Assembly: GCF_018350175.1 (NCBI RefSeq)
Contig: NC_058373.1
Span: forward strand, 101,992,001-102,056,000
DNA length: 64,000 nucleotides
Direction: 5' to 3'
Source: Felis catus
Taxonomy: Eukaryota
Shown here: piece by piece, positions 53,618 through 64,000 of the stretch
Position numbering within the stretch: the first letter of the stretch is position 1
How the letters are laid out: every line of letters begins with the position of its first letter
Program-made: the position numbers and the translations under genes
Notes under the pieces: model-generated
The model's database searches: none
Told to the model about the DNA's origin: nothing
Seen by the model: only the letters and a program-made list of their open reading frames with translations

Positions 53618-54180
53618 AGGGGCACCTGGCTGGCTCAGTCAGTAGAGCATGTGACTGACCCTTGATCTCAGGTATGTGAGTTCAAGCCCCCCCCCCCACC
53701 TTGGGATTACTTAAAAAAATAAAAAATATAAACAAAAAACACAAGTTGTAGTACAGAAAGTAGGGTATGATCTCTCCCTTTTTTGTTTTGTTTTGTTTTG
53801 CTAGTCTTAAAGTGATATATGTTTGTGTTTGCATAGAAATTTTCTGGAAGGACAATCTCTAGCCAAGAGACAAGAAATGTCTAGTTTTAACTTTGAGTAA
53901 TGGAAATAGAAAGGAAAGCTTTCCCTTTACTCATTCATTTGTATTTAAGCTTAGCTGGTAAGTATGTTATTTTTATAATAGAGAGAGGGGCGCCTGGGTG
54001 GCTCAGTCAGTTGGGCATCTGACTCTTGATTTCCGCTCTGGTCACCATCTCCTGGTTTGTCAGGTAAAGGCCCGCCTCAGGCTCTGCACTGACAGCTGAC
54101 AGCGTGTAGTCTGCTTGGGCTTCTGTCTTCCTCTCTCTCTCTCTCCTCTGCTCATGCTCTCTCAAAATAAATAAACATTT
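53618..54180 (+). mobile_element. Two SINECs (short 53618-53725; full 53987-54180)
   Basis: tRNA-derived heads and A-rich tails. Confidence 0.85.
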
Positions 54181-54359
54181 ATAATAGAGAAAAAAGGAAA
54201 AAATAATGTCCTCCTTGTAATCTAATGCCCACCCTACCTTTCTGACGATCTTGCAGTCATCCCTGCCTACATCTCTTACTTCTGTCAGTTAATCTCTCTA
54301 TCGACTTGCCTCTGCTTACGCATTTACCATACCCAAAGGAATTTCTCTTCCCTTTAGGA

Positions 54360-55038
54360 TTTTTTTTAAATGTCTTATTTATTTTTTTTTTTAATTTTTT
54401 TCAACGTTTAATTATTTGTGGGACAGAGAGAGACAGAGCATGAACGGGGGAGGGGCAGAGAGAGAGGGAGACACAGAATCGGAAGCAGGCTCCAGGCTCT
54501 GAGCCATCAGCCCAGAGCCCGACGCGGGGCTCGAACCCACGGACCGCGAGATCGTGACCTGAGCCGAAGTCGGATGCTTAACCAACTGCGCCACCCAGGC
54601 GCCCCGATGTCTTATTTATTTTTGAGAGAATGTAAGCAGGGGAGGGGCAGAGAAAGAGTGGGGCAGAGGATCTGAAGACAGCACAGAGCCCAATGTGGGG
54701 CTTGAACTCACAAACCCTGAGATCATGACCTGAGATGAAGTCAGATGCATAACCGGCTGAGCCACCCAGGGGCCCCTCTTCCCTTAAAATTCTGCTCAGT
54801 TTCCACCTCTGGGTCTTTCTTTCTTAATTTTTTTCAACATTTATTTTATTTTTGAGAGACAGGGACAGAGCGTGAGCGGGGGAGGGGCAGAGAGAGAAGC
54901 AGACATAGAATCTGAAACAAACTCCAGTCTCTGAGCTGTCAGCGCACAGCCGGATGTGGGGCTCAAAATCCACAAACCTCGAGATCATGACCTGAGCCAA
55001 AGTCCGACACTCAACCAACTGAGCCACCCAGGGGCCCC
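54360..55038 (-). mobile_element. Cluster of three SINECs: older 54360-54776 with a young copy nested at 54382-54605, third copy 54817-55038
   Basis: Nested TSD ATGTCTTATTTATTTT; 40-bp duplication flanking the third copy. Confidence 0.92.
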
Positions 55039-55384
55039 TCTTCCCTTAAAATTCTGCTCAGCTTTCCACCTCTGGGTCTCCTTAATCCTGCCAGGCCACA
55101 GTCATCTTGGCTCCTCTGAACTCAGAGCTCCAAACCAGGCATTTCTGTGGTACCTGCTGCCTCATATTGCCCACCCTCCGTGAGGGCGGTGGTTGTGTCC
55201 CACTTCTCTCTAGCAGTCATCATGGCTGACACAGCACCCTTTCACAGTAGATAATAAATACATGAACCACAGCTAACCTGAGGCACTTCAATTCTATATT
55301 CAAGATTTAACTATGTTCACTCAGTTATTCTAAGGCAAGAAAATGAATACATGTTCAATGGATATTTAGCAACAAAATGAATTC

Positions 55385-55504
55385 TTTTTTTGTTGTTGTT
55401 AAGATTTTATTTTTAAGTAATCTCTACACCCAACACAGGGCTCAAACTCACAACCCCAAGATCAAGAGTGGCAGGCTCTACCAGTTGAGCTAGCCAGGCG
55501 CCCC
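55385..55504 (-). mobile_element. Short SINEC (tRNA part only)
   Basis: Head plus short tail; TSD AACAAAA(T/G)GAATT. Confidence 0.8.
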
Positions 55505-56752
55505 AACAAAAGGAATTTCTATTCAAACTACATTTACTCTAGAATTCTACTAGAGTTAAACCAGATCAACTCACTTCTGGCATTTTCTTGTTACTTAAGG
55601 CTTTACTGTTTGATATTTGACTTCCCTGGCACTAAAAGGTCATTCGTTTAAAGGCAAGCATATAACAAACTTCACATACAAGATTAAAATGAGCAGTGAA
55701 GTTTTGCTAAGACATTCAGCTTTCTTTATGACTCTTCATTCCCTAAATATTCCACTTCTTATAAGAAATAAACTGGATAAAAATCTTAGCTTTCTTTCCT
55801 GTTTATTAAACACTTCAATCAAATTTTTCTTTACAAATATCTGAAAGTAACATACACTCTGTTCTTTAGTTTCATGTTCCTTTTTTTTCCTTAAGTTTAA
55901 TCCTATTAGTGTAAAGACGAACCCCATGCTAATCATTAACTTCTTTGTATTATTTCCTAAAAGCTTAATTATTTGAGATCTTTCCATTTCACTAGGAAAG
56001 GAGGTAACACAAGCATCAGCAGTGCCCAAGTTTCTATATAGGAAAGGCATAGGGTTGGCAGTCTTGCTGAAAGGGAGGGTGCCAGCAGACGGGGCCTGCA
56101 GCTAGGTTTGCACAGAAACTAAGCTGATTTTACTTAGACTGTGGCTTATCAAACAGTAAGAATAACCAATTTTAGTACAGACACTTCTTTCACAGTTGAC
56201 ATGACTTTATTATTTGGGAGTAAGTTACTAGGGAGGGGGCTGCTAATAGAAATTAAAGTAGGATTATTTGCCCCCTCCCATTACCACCAACATCCACCCA
56301 CCCTTCAGCACTGCCACTGGGTACAGATCACTGAAAGGTGGCAAGATGTTTCTGGATTTGTGTTAAGAGCCTTACTGCAGTGAAGCAGTTACAGCTATGA
56401 CATAATAACATCTTTTCATGGTACCAAGTAGCCCTGTCTGATGGAGAGTGCTAAGCAGGAATGAGGTCAAAAACCAGGGAAGTTAAATTTCTCTCTTCTA
56501 CCTACTTTCTCCTTAATCCCAAGAGGAATGAGTAAGAAAGTGGAAGAGAAAACAAAGTAAAAAGAACAGCTGTGTAGAGCAGCTGTCAGATTGCTAGCGT
56601 GGTTTTTACAGATTCCAACACAGAATTGAAAAAGATCTGGACCACCATTTCGGGATTGTGATGAATCCCATTGTCTAAGTGGAAAAGCAGCAGGAATACA
56701 TCAGAGTCACAGTATATATAGTTAGTTTGGTCACAAAGATTCATTTATTCCA

Positions 56753-56956
56753 AATTTTTTAATGTTTACTTATTTTGAGATAGAGAGAGAAAGAGGTAGG
56801 GAGGGGCAGAGAGAGAGGGAGAGAGAGAATCCCAAGCAGGTTCTGCCCTGTTAGCACAGAGCCCAACGTAGGGCTCAAACCCACGAACTGTGAGATTATG
56901 ACCTAAGCTGAAATCAAGAGTCAGATGTTTAACTGACTGAGCCACCCAGGCACCCC
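56753..56956 (-). mobile_element. SINEC
   Basis: TSD TATTCCAA. Confidence 0.92.
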
Positions 56957-57946
56957 TATTCCAATTTTGATATGGTCACTATAATCTCAAATTATCCAAA
57001 CTTAGCTTGGTTTGAGGCGGGGGGGGCACCTGACTGTATGTTCATCGCCTATTTCCTCATTTTGTCCTTAATTCTCTCCCAACACACACACAACCACACC
57101 TCCCAGCATTCCTCCATACCCAGGACTCACTAACTCCATACAAAGAAATTACAAAGAAGAATATTTAGGGGCAATAAAATACTGGTTGCTGAGCTATCAG
57201 AGATACATGAACACCAATCGTCAGGTTGATTTTTAAACATAGATGACAGTACTTGTATATTACCTCTCCTTCCTAAAGCCCAAATAAAAATAGTAGCAAA
57301 GGAATTTTTTAAAAAACATGAACCCACAGGATAAAGAAGGGAAAATAAGACTGTAGTAGAAAAGAGAAACAGAGAGGAGAGTAGGTATTATTTTTGGAAT
57401 ATTGCTGAGAAAGCCAAGGAAGGCACAGCACAGTTTTGTGCCTGCAGAGGTATCAAACCAGAAGTGAATGGATGGCCCTGCAGGACCCCAGAAGATGCCC
57501 ACAAATACTCAGGTGCAGAAGACCCCAAATGGTAGTATGATTAAAAGTCTGAAAACAGTGCAGTGGAATTAGACTCCTGCTCAGGTTTCCTCTCTCCTCC
57601 CCCCCACCCACTGTTAGTAAACCACCCTTAAACATGGGGGCTGGACTGAATGCATCCTGGTCCTTTCCAGGCTCTACAGAGAAAGGTATGAACTAAGACT
57701 TCAAAGATGTGCCAGTGGGAAGAGTTGTGGAAGGTGGGGGAGAAAGGCAGTGATGGGTGAGAATAAAAGGGATTTGTGTCTCAGGTCCTCCAAATACGCT
57801 TGTCTCTGTGACTATAAATTTTATGTTGTAATGTGACTTCCAAGTTAGATCCACACCAGTCAAGAAAGCAAGCCTTATGAGATTCTAGCCATATAAGGGC
57901 AGGTCCTACAAATCTGTTTTCCTACTCACCACACAGTCATACTTAC

Positions 57947-58002
57947 CTCGCAAGTTTGCTAAGGCCAAGGACTTGCTTGTTAGGAAGATAGCCAATATGG
58001 AC
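57947..58002 (-). CDS. GCH1: GTP cyclohydrolase I, exon 3 (56 nt)
   Basis: tttgaag|GTC CAT ATT...GCG AG|gtaagt; VHIGYLPNKQVLGLSKLA(R); phase consistent with exons 2 and 4. Confidence 0.98.
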
Positions 58003-58140
58003 CTTCAAAGAAGAGACAGAAATCATGAGTTAGTTGAAAATCCAGTGCTTCTTTGTAACAAAATAAGGAAATAGAAGACAGTATATGTATTATGTAATTC
58101 AACACGATGAAAGTGTCTCTTTAAAAAATCTAGAAGTTTT

Positions 58141-58350
58141 GGGGCACCTGGGTGATTAGTTGGTTAAGTATCCAACTCTTGATTTCAGCTCAGGTCATGA
58201 TTTCAAAGTCATGAGATCGAGCCCCACATCAGGCTCTGCACTGAGCATGGAGTCTGCTTAGAATTCTCTTTCACCGTCTCTCTCTGCCCCTCCTCCGCTC
58301 ATTCATTCTTTCTTTCTCTCTCTCTCTCAAAATAAATAAATAAACTTAAA
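58141..58350 (+). mobile_element. SINEC in intron 2, antisense to GCH1
   Basis: TSD AATCTAGAAG. Confidence 0.92.
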
Positions 58351-59639
58351 CAATCTAGAAGCTTTAAGACTTAGAAAATGAAGGACTAACAAAAGCATTT
58401 AGAAAGTTACAGATGTGCAGGAAAAGGAAAATATATGAATGACTATTAATGAAATGACAAATTTGAAATATAGTCTTGATATTTCCTGGTGAAGTTAAAC
58501 TCTTGATACAATTCTTCCAGTATTTCTTCTATTGAGGGGACATTCTCTCAAGACAGTGCAAATTATCCTATAGCAACATTAAAATGTAGCCAGGAAAGCT
58601 TCCTTTAAATGGCCCAAACTGTAACTGTGAACACTGACATTCCACACATCATAGTGGCCTTAAAAGTCCCACCCCACTGCACAGAAAGAGGGTCTCCATG
58701 TCCTTTGTCATGGTTGGTGGCCCCATCTCTAAGCTGCTGGAGAATACTATCTTCCTGATGGGAGATAAAGGACACAGCTACAAATGCGACTTGTCAAAAC
58801 CTGGACCTTAAGATCTAAGTTCTTATAGCACCTACTATGAGGCCAAGCCAATTCCGTAATCTTAAAAGTCACTGACTAACATCTAATATGTCCATGTTAC
58901 CTCTCTTTGAGCCAAGTATTAAATTACGGGAACACATTAGTTCTACAAAAGGCTAATAAGTAAACGGCCATTTGTAGGCAATCAATTAACCTAATATAGA
59001 AGTATAGATTCATTTGCATCATGGTTCGCTAGCGTTTGTTGCATTCGCTCACCTAATTAATATCTACTGTACATGTGAATAATGGATATAGTAGTAATTA
59101 GTGATTTTTCATCTATTAGCACTGTGCTTTGGGAATTTAAGAATACCAATTCATCACCTTCCTGGTCAGCAGAAGGAGAAAGTAAAGTAGCACCTGAACT
59201 GACTATTTCAAAGAAGAATTAGAGAGTTGAAAGTTTCCCACAGAGCTAAGATCTTCTGTACCACCTGAAATTTTATACTTATATGCAGAGCTATAATTTG
59301 TTTATTGTTTGTACTACTTTTGATCTTTCTGAAGATCTTAAGTCATTTCAATGTTGATTTTAGAGAAACACTGCTGAGCAATAGATTTTTTTAAAAGTTA
59401 GCAAGAACACAAACACAGAGATAATCATAGCAGAAGGTAAGACGATATAGTGAGAGGCTGAGCACAGATCAAGTTCCTAAGTCCAGCCCCAGCCCAAATC
59501 ACTAACTTCCTCCGTCTTCTTGGACAAAGCCTATGCTTTCTGGGCCCAAATTCCTCACTTACAATAAAAGGTAGTAAGATAAGCTCAAAGGTTCCCTCCT
59601 TCTTGAAAATCCTGAGCCCTTAAGTGCAGGCACATTGGA

Positions 59640-59916
59640 GAGCAGGGGAGGGGCAAAGGGAGGGGAGGAGGGGAGGAGGGGAGGAGGGGAGGAGGGGAGG
59701 AGGGGAGGAGGGGAGGAGGGGAGGAGGGGAGGAGGGGAGGAGGAAAAAGAGAGAGAGAGAGAGAGAGAGAGCGCGCGCGGGCACACATGAATCCCAAGCA
59801 GGCTTCACACTTGGTGTAGAGCCCCACACGGAGCTTGATCCCAGGACCCTGGGATCCTGACCTGAGCCAAAATCAAGAGTCGTATACTCAACTGACTGAG
59901 CCACCCAGGTGCCCCC
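59640..59916 (-). mobile_element. SINEC with internal (AGGGGAGG)x10 expansion and no visible tail
   Basis: SINE head at 59916; 8-mer array 59661-59740, then (GA)n. Confidence 0.88.
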
Positions 59917-60599
59917 GAAATGAAATATTTTAACAAAAAAATGTGAAGCAAATGTTAACACATTAAATTTAGGTGATGGGTATACAGGTATTCATAACAC
60001 TATTTGCTAAGTCTTCTGTTTAAAAACTATTAATAAAAAGTCAAAATAAAATAAAATTATAATGGGAGAGAGAGGACAGGACTACTTTTGGTCCTACATC
60101 CACGGTTTCAAAGATATGCTTAAGTGCAACAAGCTAGACAATATTAAGCAGCTTGCATTAGATTCACTGTTCCTAATACAGAAAGAGTTAGAAACAAAGT
60201 CCACTAATATTATGACCTCTGACCTCTGCCATAAGAAATTCTGCAATCATTGCTGCTCATGCCATATTACACAAAAGTACATCTTGGATCAAACATTATT
60301 TAGTCAAAATAAAAAGCAAAGGTTTTCAGAGTCTGCTGCAGCTACCTTAAAAAAAAAAAAAAGGCAACTTTATCTCATTATTTTAACCAATACCATGGTA
60401 CTTACTATGAAATATTTACCCTGAGGACCTTCAGCTACTTGGTTTTTGTTTTGTTAATTTCAAATTATTAGATTAGTCAGGTTGATAAAGAGTAAATGTT
60501 TATGTGTAATTCTACATATCTGGGATATTAGGAATTAGCAGGTGATGATTTTAAAGATAATAATCCTAATTTAAAAATTTTTGTTATATTTTAAAATTA

Positions 60600-60752
<153 letters not shown>

Positions 60753-61599
60753 TTAGTAACATTTCCAATTTTACAGAAAGATTCAGAGTAGAAAAACTAA
60801 CAATCTCCACGGTTAAACAGAGATTGACAGCCAACAAAGACAAAATGTTAATCCTAACTAAAATGTTAAGGAAAAACGCGTTAAAACTAGTTATTTTTCT
60901 CCCACCAAATTAGCAGTCTTCTTCTTTAAATGATGAAAACAACCCTTAACTATATAATATTACATAACAAATGCAGGATTACAAACAAATGTGTCTGCTG
61001 CATGAGAAAAGGAGAAAGGGAGAAATATGCAAAACAAGAGTTCTGGTGACGAAAGGGAGCCGCTTTCCTTTTCTTCTTTATATTTCCTTGCACCTAACAC
61101 TTTCTCTATAGTGGATGTGTAGAAAACCTTATCTGACTTCTGAGGCCAGAAGTCCTTAGCCATCTAACCTCTGAGGCCAGATCTCAACACCCATAAACTC
61201 GACATTATCTATCCCCCAAATACTTGTTTACTCATAAAATTTACTAATTCTTGAATGCAAGCACAAGACTTATTCTAAGCAGTTACATTTTTCCCTAAGG
61301 AACTAAATGCTATAATTTTTATGTATATGCCTGCCCAGATTAGCTTTTGACCTCTGGACTCTGGCACATATGGCCAGGCATACAACAGACATTTAAAAAC
61401 ACAAAAGCTTTACTTTTTAAACGTGCACTGATAGCTGGACATCATGGCAGCCTACATACATTCAAGACTCCAAGCCGTAGGATTTCAAGGATCTGGGGAT
61501 ACCCATCTACATAGTACGATGAGACGGAGCGGGGAGGAGGTGAATAGAGTTTTGCGGCCACCTACAGTTAATCTACCCTCAGAAAGCCAGGCTGCAGTG

Positions 61600-61723
61600 T
61601 GAGTCACAGGGAAATGCAAACGTCCACCCACACAGCCTGACCTTCAGTGGCTTCGTTGTTGCTAGAATAGAGGCTCACAGATATTGAGTCATCACCGAAC
61701 CACAGTTATCATCCCCTGAGTCA
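61600..61723. promoter_or_regulatory. Candidate GCH1 intron-1 enhancer (3x AP-1, RUNX, GATA)
   Basis: TGAGTCA at 61600, 61685 and 61717; AACCACA at 61698; TTATCA at 61706; sequence is not recognisably repetitive. Confidence 0.5.
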
Positions 61724-62509
61724 GGCTATTCAGAGACACATTTGATTGTGGAGTGGAAAAGTCATTAGCGTGGTCAACAAACGTGAATATGCAGGGTTTA
61801 GACACACACAGACAAACACAACACCCCTGGTAGGAGAGGCTGATAAAAATCCACGGAAGAAAAGGATCAGTGTCATCCTTGAAGTAAATACTTTGCCAAA
61901 AACAGTTTTCTATTCTGAATACTCTGCCCTAACCTACAGTCATATTTCTGGAAGAAGTCTAAAAATAGGCCCTGAGTGCTCCCCAAAGTATCCTGGATTT
62001 CTCCAAGATTTTTAAGTAATATTACTGCCATGCATAGCTTATTAAAATCCTTAGTCATACAAGAAAACCCTGAAAGTAAAACAAAGTTATTTCTTAAAGA
62101 ACAAAAGAATTATCAAACAGAAGCATTCATTTTCTCTGACAAAGAATGAGAGCATCCCCATTCTAAGTTGTGACAACTACCATATGGCACATGTTAAAAG
62201 CTGATCCTCAAGTTAGGCTAAGTTAGTGTCTGGGTCCATTACTAAGTAGCTGTTGGACCTTGGAAAGACTATTCTTTGCCTCAGTCTTCTAAGCTGTAAA
62301 ATGGACATGAAAAAAGCATCTACATTTTCAGGAGTATCCTGAGCATTAAATGAGATAATCCACATGTTTTTAGAAGTACGCAGGTGGATTAAGTAGTAGT
62401 TGCTGTTATTACTGTTACTATAATTAAGGTTGAGGGAGTGGCTAAACTATGTGTCCCATGCACACTAATATACATCAGAATTTAAAAAGCAATAATTTGC
62501 TTCTAGGAG

Positions 62510-64000
62510 ACAGACTACAGAAAAGGAAAAAATAGTAACTTTACACCGAGGAAACCTGGAACCAAGTGATCCAGTTTAACTCTACCAGTAATAAGACACA
62601 GTAATAACATGTAGCTTCTGGTAAAATATGAAAAGGGCACATCACCTTTGTGGTGTTCTTCCCCCGAAGTGTGTGACTGTAGTCTAATTACTAGACAAAC
62701 TGAGGGACATTCTGCAAAATACCTCAACAAGCACTCTTTTAAAATGACAGGGGGGTAAGGCGGTGTGTGGGTGGCTCAGCTGGTTGAGCAAATGACTCTT
62801 GATTTTGGCTCAGGTCATGATCTCATGGTTCATGGGACCAAGCCCTGCATTGGCAAGGCACTGAGCATGGAACTTGCTTGGGATTCTCTCTCTTCCTCTC
62901 TCTCTGCCCCTCCCCTGCTCATTCACACTTTCTCTCTCTCAAAATAATAAACATTAAAAAAAAAAAAAAAAAAAACCAGAGAGATGGAAAGACTGAATTG
63001 TCACAGATTGGAGGAGACTAAAGAAACATGAAGACTAAATGCACTGGAAAAACTAAATTCCACACAAAGTCTATAGTTTATAGTATTGTACCAATATTAA
63101 TTTGTTAAATATTTTTAAAGTTTATTTATTTTTGACAGTGTGTGAGAGCGTAAGCTGGGGAGGGGCAGAGAGAGAGGGTGAGAGAGGAACCCAAGCAGGC
63201 TCCGCACTTCAGCACAGAGCTGGACGTGGGGATCGAACCCATGTCCTGTGAGATCATGACCTGAGCCAAAATCAAGGATCGGACATTTAACCAACTGAGC
63301 CACCCAGGCGCCCCCCAATATTAATTTCTTAAGAAATGATAACTATACCATGGGCCATAGGAGAGGTTAACATTTGAGGAAGCTGGGGCAATGGTATATA
63401 GAAACTCTCTGTACCATCTTTGTAAGTATTCTGGTAAGTCTAATGTCACTTCAAAATAAAAAGGAAAAAAAAGCAATAGGACAATGCCCATCAACTGGAA
63501 TGTATAAACAATAGAGCACTATTCTGCAATAAAATAGAATAACTACTTATATATGTACTAATATGGCTGAATCTTCAAAGAATTATATACATAGTGAAAG
63601 AAGTCATATACATTCACACAAAAAAAGTATGTATGAAATTCTAGGAAAGAGAAGTATAGTTAGAGAAAGCAGACAGATGGTTTAGCAGGGACCAGAGGGG
63701 TGAGAGGATTGGCTGCAAAAGGGTAGAAGAAAACCTTTTTGGGTGATGGAAAGAGTCTATACCTTCATTGTACTGGTGGTTGCACAACTGTATGTATTTG
63801 TCAAAATTCAAATTGTACACATGACGTTGTTGAATTTTATTGAATTTAAGTTATCCCTTAGTAGAGCTAACTTTTTAAAATAATCTTAAAAGAATATAGA
63901 ATAACATGCAACCTTTTGTGTAAAGAAAGTGGAATGGGGGGAGATATAAACACATATATGCTTATCTTCAAAAAGAAACACTAGGAAAATAAATCAAAAA
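62510..64000. mobile_element. Old L1 (L1MC/ME-like) 3' fragments containing two inverted SINECs (62763-62975 plus; 63112-63316 minus)
   Basis: L1M 3' UTR motifs (tgagggacattctgcaaaatac, gaaactctctgtaccatctttg) and two full SINEs. Confidence 0.75.

Overview
Mammalian genomic DNA, most likely a felid: it carries about 40 carnivore tRNA-derived Can-SINEs of SINEC_Fc type and Felis-type L1 3' ends. The only protein-coding gene I can support is the 3' part of GCH1 (GTP cyclohydrolase I) on the minus strand: coding exons 2-6 (60733-42248, 410 nt, all GT-AG) and a ~2.3 kb 3' UTR ending near 39980. Exon 1 lies beyond the right edge. Bases 1-39.9k are repeat-rich intergenic DNA (SINEC, L1, L2, MIR, MLT LTRs, MER44/MER58/MER5 DNA transposons, microsatellites). 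The ORF track is almost entirely spurious or repeat-derived. I see no convincing new biological system. The best observations are: (i) alternative acceptors inside the GCH1 3' UTR that give short C-termini (SAEP-stop and an NKGVSPLLSSCHL-type tail) like the truncated human isoforms I recall, plus a possible 3' UTR intron; (ii) a triple AP-1/RUNX/GATA cluster in intron 1 and a strong intergenic CTCF motif; (iii) several unusual insertion events: a ~320 bp foreign segment inside a SINE, a ~90 bp local copy inside a MER44, a 40-bp duplication at a SINE, and closely spaced inverted SINE pairs. Repeat family names come from recalled consensus sequences and repeat boundaries are approximate.
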